Shown piece by piece: positions 53,558-64,000 of a stretch of 64,000 nucleotides of DNA. Origin of the DNA: Wickerhamiella versatilis (taxonomy: Eukaryota); assembly GCA_030867685.1 (NCBI GenBank), contig JAQOWU010000008.1, forward strand, positions 2,480,001 to 2,544,000, in the 5' to 3' direction. The notes under the pieces are model-generated. The model had not been told where the DNA came from. It saw nothing but the letters and a program-made list of their open reading frames with translations, and did not search any database. A program made the position numbers and the translations under genes. Positions within the stretch are counted from its first letter, which is position 1. The number at the start of each line of letters is the position of its first letter.

Positions 53558-55330
53558 CTAACGTTTGTTGGATGATGTGACGACAATTCCCTCCACATCC
53601 TTTTCTGAATATCTTACTCGTTTTGCAGGGATCCAGTGAACACAGCTTGTTGGCTTTGTGTTTGAAATTATTGTGTGTGTATCACCAGTCCACACAGGGG
53701 GTCCAGCAATCACTGAGAGAGTTTGAAACCCTATGTTAAAATTATAGCCTGAAAAAGAATTTGAATCAATTGCTGGATGGCTTTCATATATTTCGTCCAA
53801 ATTATCATCTTCTAAGGGACGGTGATTCTCGAAGTATTTCAGGTCAGCGGCCTCAAAGGACCATTCAATTGCCGCATTTCGCGGAAGTCTGCTCACTTCT
53901 GCTACTATTAGGGGAATTGAGGGCTCAATGCAGTTCCATATCTCCTCTGCCAAATAAGTAGCTTCTACAGAAGTGGTGTAGGCTATAGCTACCCTGAATA
54001 CCCAATTCTGACCATGCATTGTATTTAGCAGTCTTTGTGCATTTTGTAGTGCCAAAACAGCCTGCTTGACAACGTTATTTTCGAGTTCTAATGTATGAGG
54101 AATGAGCCCTATTTGGCCCGCGACATAACTGATGCCCTGGACCATACGTATTTGGGAGTAAGGACCAATGTTAGCAGGCGCCCAAAAGCTTCTTCCTTGT
54201 ACATGCAAACCCTTGGCCTCATTATCTGGTTCGATTTCTCCACAGACTGTGAGCTCCACTTCCCAAGGTAGAGGTGCTTCTATGCAAGCTCGAGATGGTG
54301 GGTTAAGTAACGAGGCAAGGTGCAAGTTATACATTTGATTAAATGCCACAAAGCTATCCATATTATGCAGTATAACAGCGACATAATAGATACTGTCATT
54401 CTTTTGAAGGTGATGGAACACTTCCTCGCAGGTCCCTCGTATGGTCTGATACCATTTTCCACCTGCGGTGTACTCACCTTTCTCGAATGAAGCTTCCGCA
54501 ACATCGAATTTTACATCCGGAATTTTAGAAGTAGTATCGACAGACTTTAGCTCCAGTTTAGCGGCCAGATCCTCAAAAAAAGGTTCTAGAAGTGGAGGCT
54601 GACGAACTAATCTACGGTCACTAGCCAATTCGTTTTTCTCCGAGTGGCATTTGAAACTGAGATAATAAACATCGTCACTGGAATGCTTCACAACTTCAGG
54701 TTCATCCATTACCATCTTACGCAGAAAAAAAGGTGCATTAAAGACCATGGTTTCATATTCACCACCTTCACCACAAGGGTGGGAGCCGTAGAGTGAGTGG
54801 AGCCTAAGTAAATCTTGGCGGGCATCCCCTAATGTGAGTCCAAGGTGCTTTTGGTCCAACCCATAGCCAGCAACTTTAACAATTCGTGCATCAAGTCCGC
54901 TCTCCACCAGTTCGTCAAGAAGCTCACACTGGTCTCTCTGCCACAAAAAACAAAGCGGTACCAGACCACCAACTGAATTACACGCACTGTCGACACGTAA
55001 CTGCTGGTATGTCGACGCAATAGCGCCTACAGAAACACCTTCGAAATCCAGATCTTTCCTTATGTCCTTCAGTAGGTGTGAGAGGTCATCTACAACAGCA
55101 TTCTCGGAATCGCTGATTTCTCGGCGATACAGTGGAACCCCCATGCATTCAGATAGATATTCCACTGCTCGATAACCAACGGTCTGAAACATGTAACTGT
55201 CGATCTCCTCGCCTAGCCCTGCACGAGGGAACAAGTTTGCAAGGGCGACAAGTTCATGTCCTTGGTCCAGACATTGAGCTATGTTGTAAACTGAGTCTTT
55301 GCCGCCGCTTACAAGAGCGACAAATTTCAT
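53558..55330 (-). CDS. DPH6: Diphthine-ammonia ligase (ATP-binding domain plus RidA/YjgF-like domains)
   Basis: VALVSGGKDS, DSYMFQTVG, CGEGGEYET and LHVQGRSFWAPANIGPYSQ. Confidence 0.95.
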   Translation of the reverse strand: MKFVALVSGGKDSVYNIAQCLDQGHELVALANLFPRAGLGEEIDSYMFQTVGYRAVEYLSECMGVPLYRREISDSENAVVDDLSHLLKDIRKDLDFEGVSVGAIASTYQQLRVDSACNSVGGLVPLCFLWQRDQCELLDELVESGLDARIVKVAGYGLDQKHLGLTLGDARQDLLRLHSLYGSHPCGEGGEYETMVFNAPFFLRKMVMDEPEVVKHSSDDVYYLSFKCHSEKNELASDRRLVRQPPLLEPFFEDLAAKLELKSVDTTSKIPDVKFDVAEASFEKGEYTAGGKWYQTIRGTCEEVFHHLQKNDSIYYVAVILHNMDSFVAFNQMYNLHLASLLNPPSRACIEAPLPWEVELTVCGEIEPDNEAKGLHVQGRSFWAPANIGPYSQIRMVQGISYVAGQIGLIPHTLELENNVVKQAVLALQNAQRLLNTMHGQNWVFRVAIAYTTSVEATYLAEEIWNCIEPSIPLIVAEVSRLPRNAAIEWSFEAADLKYFENHRPLEDDNLDEIYESHPAIDSNSFSGYNFNIGFQTLSVIAGPPVWTGDTHTIISNTKPTSCVHWIPAKRVRYSEKDVEGIVVTSSNKR

Positions 55331-55749
55331 TTAAATTCAACCACCAGTCTCTGTCAGCACCAGATCATGATAGCCCACTTCTCTAAGCTAAGCCTAGCCA
55401 GAAACGGTACAAATTTTAGTTCTGTAAGGTGAACGTGCGACTTATTAAATTGACTCAATAATAAAAAAACGCTCTTACTTTAGTCTTTCACATCATGTCG
55501 TTGATCGACTTTTGTTACGGTGGCGGCTCTTATGAAACAGACCAATAATCTAAGATTAGCAATATGATACTCTAAATACAGAAAATACACACATGATGCT
55601 TCTATTTATGTTCTACAGAGGTCCTACTCAGAAGGGTCACCAGAGAGCAAGGGTTAGGCTAGTTACGTCATTACAAGGAGAGTTCACCGACCACATTGTG
55701 CCTCTTAACTTACTGTTGTCGGTTGGATTGCAGGTAAAAAGAGGGAGTC

Positions 55750-57267
55750 ATGAAGAAGAAGTTTATCAATAAGTTCGCGCCTCGCGAGTTATCGTCGGAA
55801 GATAACAGAAAATATCTGGAAAAGAAGAATATTCCGGTTAATGAAGGACGAGTTATCAACAAATTTGGGGCTTTCGGTGGAATGGGTAAGAGCATTGCTC
55901 GTAAGAAACGTGAGGAACGTGATATACTGGGTATAGAAGACCCGCACATATCTGCGGAGGGCCTCTATTCGCGCCAACAAGGGGCGATTTATGGCTCACA
56001 GCCTAGCCGGGCCAATGACCCGAAGGCCGACGCCTCGAACCCCTATGCAGTTTGTGCACCTGTGAAGGGAAATCCCTATGCGCAAGATACAAGCAATCTT
56101 CCGCAGCACCATGTCCCTGCGCCACCCACTGGACCAGTCGGACCTGATGCCGGGTATGACTCTGGGGAGCCTCTTCGAAAGGTTGAAACATCACAATCAG
56201 TATTAGAGGCAAGAAGAGATTTGTTCGGAGGCTCAGATACTGCTTCAATTAATTCGAGGAATCCATATGCATCAGCACCTTCGGAGCCAGTCTACGATGA
56301 GTTGGCTGAATTGAATAGCTCGGGAGCTTCAATTCGATCATTTAAACCATATGAGCAACGTGGGAGCTCCAGGCTGCCGCCGCTGGATGAGCTCAATAGC
56401 ACACCGAATGAGCTGGATGAACTGAACGCCGTTCCGGGGGAAGCCTCGAATAGGCCCAATCCAGATGATGAGCTTTTACAGATGCCATCTGAGGTGGCTC
56501 CACCGGATGCAACACGTAGTGGTGAAGTACATGCTGTCTCCTTTGATGACGACGTCAACAGCGATGATGAGGAGGCTGAAGAGATGAAATTACAGATTCG
56601 CGACGAGAAGAAAAGGACTGTACAGTCCACACGGAACGCGCTGCGCGTTGCAGCAGAGGCAGAGAACAGTGGCCGCAATACTCTGGGAATGTTGGGCTAC
56701 CAAGGTGATACACTTGCCAACACAGAGAGCAATATTGGACTTGGTGCAAATCAGTCCAGGATTGCGGAGGACAAGGCAAAGGAACTGGCTAAATTGAACC
56801 GATCAATATTTTTGCCTCACATGTCGAATCCCTTCAATTCAAGAAGACGGCTGCAGGAAAAGGAGGCACGTCTCAAACAGCAGCGCATAGAGGAACAGAA
56901 TGCGAGGGAACGACGTAGCGAAGCTGCTCGGGAAAGTGAACAGCGTGTTATGGCTGGACTTAACGAAACAGGTGGGGTCAACTATTCTGATACTGCTGCT
57001 CGTGTGAGACGCCAGATGATGCGGGGTTCCCAGGAACGCAAGCAATATCAATTTGAGGCAGACTCGGAGGACGAGGAGCTCGAAGATGAGATAGACATGA
57101 ACCTTGATTCATTGTCACATGCCACAAATCGTTTGCATAATCTAAGTCTGTCGATGAATGGTGAGGTCACGGCCCAGAATAAACGCCTTGATTCTCTTAT
57201 TACTGATACGGATAAGCTTGATGTTGATGTGCACATGAACTCTGCCCGTATGGCCTCAATAAAATAG
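55750..57267 (+). CDS. SEC9: Plasma-membrane Qbc-SNARE Sec9 (SNAP-25-like)
   Basis: NPYA repeats, STRNALR...LGMLGYQG, LNRSIF.PH.SNPFNS and a C-terminal SNARE motif EIDMNLD...EV..QN.RL. Confidence 0.93.
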   Translation: MKKKFINKFAPRELSSEDNRKYLEKKNIPVNEGRVINKFGAFGGMGKSIARKKREERDILGIEDPHISAEGLYSRQQGAIYGSQPSRANDPKADASNPYAVCAPVKGNPYAQDTSNLPQHHVPAPPTGPVGPDAGYDSGEPLRKVETSQSVLEARRDLFGGSDTASINSRNPYASAPSEPVYDELAELNSSGASIRSFKPYEQRGSSRLPPLDELNSTPNELDELNAVPGEASNRPNPDDELLQMPSEVAPPDATRSGEVHAVSFDDDVNSDDEEAEEMKLQIRDEKKRTVQSTRNALRVAAEAENSGRNTLGMLGYQGDTLANTESNIGLGANQSRIAEDKAKELAKLNRSIFLPHMSNPFNSRRRLQEKEARLKQQRIEEQNARERRSEAARESEQRVMAGLNETGGVNYSDTAARVRRQMMRGSQERKQYQFEADSEDEELEDEIDMNLDSLSHATNRLHNLSLSMNGEVTAQNKRLDSLITDTDKLDVDVHMNSARMASIK

Positions 57268-57406
57268 GTCATAGGTCAGAGTAGTGTATTTATTTAGTTG
57301 TGAAGCGGCGTACGTATTAAAATCTATTATCATTGTCTAAGTCCATATATGCTGTACATTATGCTTCTCCGATGACTAAGATCGCTCAATCTAGTTGGCC
57401 TTGGAA

Positions 57407-57796
57407 ATGAGCAGCCAAGAGCTGTACAGCCGCATGGATGCGATTCTCGAGGCCACTGGAGATCTTCTACTTGCTGCAGGTACTGATGGAAACCAAATGG
57501 TACCTAATCCAGGGGTTGATTGCACAACGCTCAATTTGAGGGTCGAGGAGTATCAAGCCGTTCTCAATGATATGGAAATGAAGATACTTGAGGCTATGAG
57601 CGCTCAAAATAAAGCTAAGGAGTCTCAGTTTGGGAATGCGAACACAGCTGACCCCAAGCTAGAGCTTGAGCCACCGCGCGGAGTAAATGCTGAGGATCTC
57701 GACACCTCCTCCATGCCCCACTTTGATTTTGACACATTTGCAGACGATTTTCAGGGCCTGCCAAATATGGATGGTAACGGGATTTTCGACTTTTAG
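57407..57796 (+). CDS. Small protein, possibly Mediator tail subunit Med2-like
   Basis: First ATG at 57407 (129 aa). Helical N-half (MDAILEATG...VEEYQAVLNDME) and an acidic/Phe-rich C-tail (FDFDTFADDF...IFDF). Identity is tentative. Confidence 0.6.
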   Translation: MSSQELYSRMDAILEATGDLLLAAGTDGNQMVPNPGVDCTTLNLRVEEYQAVLNDMEMKILEAMSAQNKAKESQFGNANTADPKLELEPPRGVNAEDLDTSSMPHFDFDTFADDFQGLPNMDGNGIFDF

Positions 57797-57843
57797 CGAT
57801 TAAATGCTCTTAGATAAACTTCTAACAGATCAATGTAGAGTCC

Positions 57844-58752
57844 TTATAATTTAACAACCATAACTGTCACATTATCTGTGGTAAATGAATCAAGCGAATG
57901 CACCAGGAGTTTTTCGCTCGCTTGATCTGCTGAATCGCATGCTTGAACTATATTAGCTGCTTCCTCGTCAGTGCAAACATCCCAGAGGCCGTCACAGGCA
58001 AGAATCAATGCTGAGTCTTCTTCAGTGAGGTCAGTCTCCGTAGTGTAAGGACTGCCAACAACATAATCTTTCATATATAGGTCCCCTAAGCTCCTTGTAA
58101 CCGCAAGAACACCATTAACGCGACTATTCATGACGATACCCCCGGCATTTGTGACCCTTCGTTGCTCATTGACGTCTGAGCCACGGTGGTCATAAGATAG
58201 CCTCAGTGCCTGTTGCCCCCTGCACAATACAGCTCTGGCGTCTCCCACATTAGCTACCCACAGGGCCTGTTTCGTATCATCGGAATTCTTTGGCATGAGC
58301 TTTCCATCCTTGTTAATACTTCCAATGACAGCAACTACAGCCGTGCAACCAGAATTCATAATTCCATGCTGTTCTATACGCGTATCCATTTCCTCAAAAG
58401 CCAAAGAAAGACCCTCAGCCATATCACCAGTCTTCTCATATGCTTGACTTACCAATTCATGCATGGTGTTTGCACATAACAGTGAACATTGAGCACCCGC
58501 ATGCCCATCGAAGATCGCAAGGTACACGCAGCCTGGAATACCCATGAAATCTTTGATTATGCTATGTGAGTCCTCCATAGTTTTGCGGTAACGGGTGTTA
58601 CAATCATTATGCACAGCCACTTCAGGACTTTGCCCACTAGAGCGGGTTGAATTAGTCTTTGAGCCCTGGCTACTAGACCCTTGATTTAACTCATCCCCAT
58701 CCTTGCCAGTAGAAGGGTCTTTTTCTTGATTTCGGCTGAAAACTCGCCGCAT
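57844..58752 (-). CDS. PTC1: Protein phosphatase 2C, Ptc1-like
   Basis: RKTMEDSH, IFDGHAG, ANVGDAR, RLSYDH, LAVTRSLGD, LACDGLWDV and TDNVTVMVV. Confidence 0.94.
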   Translation of the reverse strand: MRRVFSRNQEKDPSTGKDGDELNQGSSSQGSKTNSTRSSGQSPEVAVHNDCNTRYRKTMEDSHSIIKDFMGIPGCVYLAIFDGHAGAQCSLLCANTMHELVSQAYEKTGDMAEGLSLAFEEMDTRIEQHGIMNSGCTAVVAVIGSINKDGKLMPKNSDDTKQALWVANVGDARAVLCRGQQALRLSYDHRGSDVNEQRRVTNAGGIVMNSRVNGVLAVTRSLGDLYMKDYVVGSPYTTETDLTEEDSALILACDGLWDVCTDEEAANIVQACDSADQASEKLLVHSLDSFTTDNVTVMVVKL

Positions 58753-58882
58753 AGCTGCGGTACAGGGATAGTCTTGTCGCTCGCTGACCTAAGCTAGCTA
58801 ATCTGCTGAACCATCGGGGTCTGTCTATATATGCTATTACTATCCAGCTCTGTTGGATTATAAATAATAATTCCCCAATAAT

Positions 58883-61411
58883 TTAATGCCTAGGAGGTAA
58901 TTGGAATGTGATTTTCGGCTCATCATCATCAGGAGCACCTGCAGAAGCAGCTGGCTGTGGTGGCGTCGGTTCGTCCTCATCCTGCTCTTCAATTTCATCA
59001 TCATCATCCCTAATTCCTCCAAGGGCTGCGAGACGCCTACTACGCTCCACTTCCGTTTCAGGTTCCTCTTCATCATCGGACTGCAATGCTAATTCATCAT
59101 TGGAATGTTTTACCTGGGAAACCTCATGATCAGACCCGCTGGTAGGCTCACCCTCTGGAAGTTCCCCTCTTTCTATCATTGATTTCAGCTTCTCACGCAA
59201 CTCACGGTCTTCAACGTTTGAGAATGCACGGAAATGCCGTGACAAACTCTTCTCTTCACCTGGAGCTTCTACTGGTTCCAGTTCTGCCTCGGGACTCGAC
59301 TCCACATCTTGCATCTCTTGATCTTCAACGCGACCTGGTTTACTCCAAGGCCAATGCGGCAACCACTTGCTGAACCCCTTTCCAACACGGTAGTCATTCC
59401 GACCCTCAGCAGCCCCACGGTGGCGATATCTGTACCGCTTCACTATTTCACCCTCATCGTTCTCCAACACAACATCATCTCCGTTCATATAAGCGTATAC
59501 ATGTTGCCCGGGTCTACGAGGTATATTAATGAGGGAGGTTGCACGGCTGAGCGTATTATTATTAGCCTCGCTAACAGACCTTGATCTCTGCTGCTTGTCT
59601 GCATGAATTTTCAGTTGAGGTTCCCCTTCAGGCTCACCATGTTCTTTTTCCAACTCGAATTTATGCACATAGTTCCCCTCTTCATCCTCAACAACTACAT
59701 GTGGACCCTCGACGTAGGCTCGGATATCATCTGGTTTATACCCTTCAAGTTTTGATGCGGGCACCATGTCAGTTTTACTTACATGTTCACCTGACTTAAA
59801 ATCCATACTAAGCTCGAGGGGCAACAAAACCATCGTTGAGCCAGAATCAGTATCACTATGTTCATGTGTACGTGCTGAAGACGGGGCCTGCAAATCGAGA
59901 GTCTCACTTGGACGTGGTTTCTTCTGGAACTTACGTCTGTTTCTGAGACCATTGCGTAGGGGATACTCCGTCTCTACCTGCTCAAGCCTCAAAGGACCAC
60001 CGCCTTCAGAGGCACGAGTAGGCAGCCGTGACAACCAAGAGGGACCATTGCCTCCACCAGTGGTATAAGTCATAGTGATAGCGACCCGGTTGATGTGTTT
60101 TCCTAATGTGAACATGGCTACTGAGGAGCCATGCACAATGATTGAAGTGATTACCAGGAAACACGTTATAGGCCAAACCGTATGTATTGCGTAGTAAAAC
60201 CTCGAATTCTTGTCTGTCGACAAGTCTTTCAAGGGATGTTCTGAATTTGTTTCGAGCTCAGCACGAGCGAGAATTGCCATGTACAAACCACCTACCCCTA
60301 TAGGTCCAAAATGGCCACAGAACGAAGCCTCACGCCAAGTCTTGATATCAGGTATTACTGGCTTCAACATAAGCATGATCGGGATTCGACGGACAACAAG
60401 GATGATGATAGCTATGATTACCAGCTTCCAAGCTCGAATTCCAAGTTCGTCATTATTAAAGTCAGTCCAGGGCACTATGGAACCAAAGTAGACAAAAAAT
60501 GCAGTATTGAGCAAGACATCGATAACATCAGAGACATGTGATTCTTCCGTTTGCTTCGCGAACCAGCCGTCCCACGAGAAAGCTGCGCCAGCAGCAAATG
60601 CAACCAGCAGCTCATCTGCACCTACTACTGTACCAACACCGGCACAAAACAATGCAACACAGAAATAGTATACCAAAAAACTCTCCCTATCAATAAGGTC
60701 GAACTTTTCTGCCAACTTTATGAGTTGGCGGGCGACGTATCCAATAACTGCGCCTAGAATAACACCAAATACACAGCTGTAAAGGACCCCAACAAGTATA
60801 AAATCTTTCGCAATTTCCGCTGGATGATGCTCATGCAATAATATTTCAACAGCCATTATTACGAAAGGATAGGCCATACCATCATTGCATCCAGACTCCG
60901 CTGAAAGCAAATTACGTATATGTCCTGGCACACGTTGAGCAAATTTGCCTTTTCCTACAACGGCAGCAGCAAGGACAGGATCAGTAGCCGTCACGCAGCC
61001 AGCAATACACAAAGCCTCAATCCATCGCAACGTTGGTACAAGCTTCCATATAAAAACCGAAGAAATCACCCATCCCCACGTCATTACAGGTACGAGAAGC
61101 ATACTGATGCTCCACCAATGTCGCAGCATATACTTCTTCGGCAATTCGACAGCGACGGCAAATATTTGCACAACAAGGACGATACGGCAAATTTGAAAAG
61201 TGATTTCATCTGTATTACCCCAGGTTACTGGTGAAAACCAGTTCAAGCAATGAGGCCCGACTATCAGGCCGTAAATTGTTGCCACTGTCGCTTCTCCGAT
61301 ATACAGCCTCTGCTTCATAAAGAGCGATATCAGCCCGAAGAGAAGTAATGCAAATCCTACAACAGCATAAGCAACAGGGGCCCGCGTGGTGTCGACCTTT
61401 TCCCATGCCAT
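58883..61411 (-). CDS. NHA1: Plasma-membrane Na+(K+)/H+ antiporter
   Basis: YIGEA, AVELPKKY, ATDPVLA, ESGCNDG and GHFGPIGVG, with a long hydrophilic C-tail containing ETEVERSRRLAALG. Confidence 0.96.
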   Translation of the reverse strand: MAWEKVDTTRAPVAYAVVGFALLLFGLISLFMKQRLYIGEATVATIYGLIVGPHCLNWFSPVTWGNTDEITFQICRIVLVVQIFAVAVELPKKYMLRHWWSISMLLVPVMTWGWVISSVFIWKLVPTLRWIEALCIAGCVTATDPVLAAAVVGKGKFAQRVPGHIRNLLSAESGCNDGMAYPFVIMAVEILLHEHHPAEIAKDFILVGVLYSCVFGVILGAVIGYVARQLIKLAEKFDLIDRESFLVYYFCVALFCAGVGTVVGADELLVAFAAGAAFSWDGWFAKQTEESHVSDVIDVLLNTAFFVYFGSIVPWTDFNNDELGIRAWKLVIIAIIILVVRRIPIMLMLKPVIPDIKTWREASFCGHFGPIGVGGLYMAILARAELETNSEHPLKDLSTDKNSRFYYAIHTVWPITCFLVITSIIVHGSSVAMFTLGKHINRVAITMTYTTGGGNGPSWLSRLPTRASEGGGPLRLEQVETEYPLRNGLRNRRKFQKKPRPSETLDLQAPSSARTHEHSDTDSGSTMVLLPLELSMDFKSGEHVSKTDMVPASKLEGYKPDDIRAYVEGPHVVVEDEEGNYVHKFELEKEHGEPEGEPQLKIHADKQQRSRSVSEANNNTLSRATSLINIPRRPGQHVYAYMNGDDVVLENDEGEIVKRYRYRHRGAAEGRNDYRVGKGFSKWLPHWPWSKPGRVEDQEMQDVESSPEAELEPVEAPGEEKSLSRHFRAFSNVEDRELREKLKSMIERGELPEGEPTSGSDHEVSQVKHSNDELALQSDDEEEPETEVERSRRLAALGGIRDDDDEIEEQDEDEPTPPQPAASAGAPDDDEPKITFQLPPRH

Positions 61412-62720
61412 GTTTACAACGGCAGCGGTGTTACTGGTTTTGTAGGTTGAGTATCTGAAACGTACGTAATCATGTGTTGATTAGCCTATAGAGGTAATCC
61501 GGATTAACATGTTCATACACCAGTATTTCGGAACTATCGTTTGTAATTAAATTTCAACAGTAATGCAGAAATTTTATGTAAATCGAATCGGTGATCCTTC
61601 TCATGGTGGTTGGGCCTATGGGGTATATAAGACAAATACCCTAGCCCTCGGGTGGGGAGGGGGAAATCGGACCTCGAGTCTTGCCAAGAAAAAGATGAAG
61701 GGTAAATGATATTATTGAGGTAAGTTCTTCTTGAAATTGATGCAATAAGAAGAACTCTCTCCTAAGTATGGAACATACGAACATAAACTGATTATAAAAT
61801 CCCCGAATACTGGACTAGAATTCGCAGCCCCACCGGCCTATATAGAATATGTCAACCATGATATGGCATTTGTGATGGTATGCCCAGTTCCAAAGAATTA
61901 AAACTGAGACACACAGCTTAGACAGTCTCTATAGAGCAGTATGCCTCCCTTATACTGCCATTGCCCTTCTGTCTAAGCTTCTTTCGCAATTCTCAAGTTT
62001 CAGCAAATACAGGGCTAGGGGTGATTAACCATAGTCCTGTAGCTCTAAAAGTCTATCTTAGTGGCAAGTAAACACAAAGTCATGGCAAAATAAAATTTAT
62101 TACAGTAGAAAAATCTCACGGAATTGGACAAAATTCCGAGGAGTATGCGGTATTCATACTAACTTCTTTCGTGCGCACATACATATTCTTACTTTTTGCA
62201 GTGCTATGCAAAAGGGTAAGGGTTATACAGAAGAATAGTGTTCACGGATGTTTGACATCGGTTTAAGATGTCCTCGAGCTGAGGGTGAGGGTTCACAATG
62301 AATCGACAAGACGTCAGGCTGCCATGTTTTATCGATGACCCCTCAACGCTAGCCTTGACGTCTGTCAAAGTGCGGCGGATCGCTGGCGGTGATGTAATCA
62401 GTGCATACCTACGTAGGAGACGAGAATAGTATACAGCGGAAATCTTTTCCTGTCCGCAATATTCTGTTTTATGTAGCGATTTGAGATTCAGAGTATAGCC
62501 AGCTTGACATTTTCAATTTTAAGTTCATTAGGACCCATAGTTTCTATATTATAGAGTGGGACTTGTTCCTGTTTACTCCAGGGTCTTAAGGTAGGGGTGG
62601 TCAGCAGTTAAGTCCCATCATCACGTTACCTTCACTTTCAACGCACCCGAGCATCCACGCGACCTGGCTTTCATCAGTGAGGTCAAGGCATCCTAAAATT
62701 AAAAAACCGAACTGTCTTCA

Positions 62721-62745
62721 CACGTGGTTAAAATCATCGCACGTG
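62721..62745. promoter_or_regulatory. Paired CACGTG E-boxes upstream of the Myb-like gene
   Basis: CACGTG at 62721-62726 and 62740-62745. Confidence 0.55.
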
Positions 62746-62777
62746 TAAGGAGGGTGGGAAATATTCTGCCTTAGTCT

Positions 62778-64000
62778 ATGGGTGATCCACCACCGTTCAC
62801 ATATAGTGTCTATGACGACGAGCTATACAATGTGAATCAAGTCAGTGAACGCAGGCAGGCCCAATTCCAGGGAGCTGAAGGCTCTCTTCGGCCTACCTTT
62901 AGTCCTCAAGTGACCGTTGACGATAATAATAATCAGAAGAAACCTCGTCCACGCGTACCCACATATAATCAACCTGCACATAGAACATACCAGAGCCCAG
63001 TATTCATGGGCATCTCGGAGGAGCAGGCAGTCCGGCAGGTTCCGCCAATGCTTCCCCCTCAACCACAAGGCCTTCTCCAACCAGTATCTGGCGGTAGCAG
63101 CCCTTATTTTGGTACAGGCGAAGGTTGGCGCCAGCCATTCCAGACAATGTGGCAACAGAACACCGGTGAACAGCGTCGTGTTCCTCATTATCCAGTGCCA
63201 TCCATGACGGGGCCTGGAAATATTTTACCTTATACGTCTTATAGTCCAAATATGCGCTCTCCGGCTGTGGGTGAATATTGGCAAGGCCCGCCCAGTAATA
63301 TGCGATACGTTCAATATCCTTATGCACCGCCCACTGGGTCTTGGGACACGGACCCACTTGGCCCCGGGATCTCTGTGTCCAACCCTCTTCTTCCTCAGCC
63401 ACAGCTCCAGCGAGTGCCTCCAAGCAGACGACCCGGTCATGGAGCAAAAGTGGGAAAAGGGCATAGACGAGCTAAATCTTCAAGATCTGGCAGAGGGTCG
63501 TCGTCAGGTCGGAGGATGTTAGAGTCGGTTGGTGCTGCATTTAGTGCACCGACGTATGTACCAGGAGGCATCGATAATGGTCCACTCCCCTCTGCATCTG
63601 AGGGACCGTTAGGTGGATTCTACTGGGGCCTTTTTATGGACTCTGATGATCTCACTTTACCCGTGCAAATGTACGAACCCCCCTTGCATGATTGTATCCC
63701 GACATATCCGCAAGCACTAGATGCTGATCAACAGCCTAGGGCGCGCAAGAAGTCGAAGTACACACAAGAACAAGACCAGCTTATCCTGAAATTGAAAAAC
63801 CGAGGTGAAGGCTGGGCTGAAATAGCTCGAAAAGCCCGTTGCGATAATAATTTGGCAGCACGCAATCGATACCAGGTTCTCATAGGGCAACAGGGTGGTG
63901 GTGCTTTTGTATGGACTGCTGAGGATGTTCAGGGGCTTCAGACCCTATTAGATGAAGGTGAGCGTGCGAAGTGGCATTTCCTAGCTACAGAATTATCGAA
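62778..64000 (+). CDS. Myb/SANT-like protein resembling Candida adherence factor Aaf1 (runs off the window end)
   Basis: Not in the ORF track. Manual translation is open from ATG 62778 (preceded by in-frame TAG) to the window end. Pro/Gln-rich N-half, then RKKSKYTQEQDQLILKLKNRGEGWAEIARKARCDNNLAARNRYQVLIGQQGGGAFVWTAEDVQGLQTLLDEGERAKWHFLATELS. Confidence 0.85.
   Translation, partial: MGDPPPFTYSVYDDELYNVNQVSERRQAQFQGAEGSLRPTFSPQVTVDDNNNQKKPRPRVPTYNQPAHRTYQSPVFMGISEEQAVRQVPPMLPPQPQGLLQPVSGGSSPYFGTGEGWRQPFQTMWQQNTGEQRRVPHYPVPSMTGPGNILPYTSYSPNMRSPAVGEYWQGPPSNMRYVQYPYAPPTGSWDTDPLGPGISVSNPLLPQPQLQRVPPSRRPGHGAKVGKGHRRAKSSRSGRGSSSGRRMLESVGAAFSAPTYVPGGIDNGPLPSASEGPLGGFYWGLFMDSDDLTLPVQMYEPPLHDCIPTYPQALDADQQPRARKKSKYTQEQDQLILKLKNRGEGWAEIARKARCDNNLAARNRYQVLIGQQGGGAFVWTAEDVQGLQTLLDEGERAKWHFLATELS

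Overview
Eukaryotic nuclear DNA from an extremely compact, intron-poor ascomycete yeast. CTG encodes Leu at conserved positions (e.g. ARL1 ILGLD), so it uses the standard code. The gene set (BTA1, an O-acetylserine-type cysteine synthase, a WDR62/MABP1-like WD40 protein, DUF3020) and the compaction suggest an early-diverging Saccharomycotina such as the Wickerhamiella/Starmerella group; this is inference only. About 43 protein genes are present, mostly housekeeping: RRN3 (partial), PAH1, CCC2, COX10, APC15/MND2-like, ATG14-like, PNC1, RPS11, POC4-like, cysteine synthase, PPS1, CYC3, a KTR mannosyltransferase, VMA2, RPN14, OCA4, BTA1, URA4, TAL1, FES1, CinA-like, ACP1, SDS22, an MFS transporter, QCR10, GAPDH, ARL1 (one 55-nt intron), catalase, SFI1, an LRR/BC-box protein, TMEM115-like, a YBT1-like ABCC transporter, RIB4, DPH6, SEC9, MED2-like, PTC1, NHA1 and an AAF1-like Myb protein (partial). 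I saw no tRNA, rRNA, transposon or CRISPR. The most interesting signals are: (1) a prokaryote-style ATGA stop/start overlap between the native eukaryotic genes OCA4 and RPN14, plus several 26-98 nt tandem gaps and a 30-nt divergent gap, raising the possibility of polycistronic or overlapping transcription; (2) two structured intergenic segments that may hide unannotated ncRNAs or sORFs; (3) a recurrent telomere-like GGG(C/T)(T/A)AGGG promoter motif; (4) paired CACGTG boxes before BTA1 and the Myb gene, and a duplicated inverted-GATA module before catalase; (5) an LRRC58/LRR1-like candidate Elongin-C substrate receptor. All product calls come from motif recognition, not database searches.
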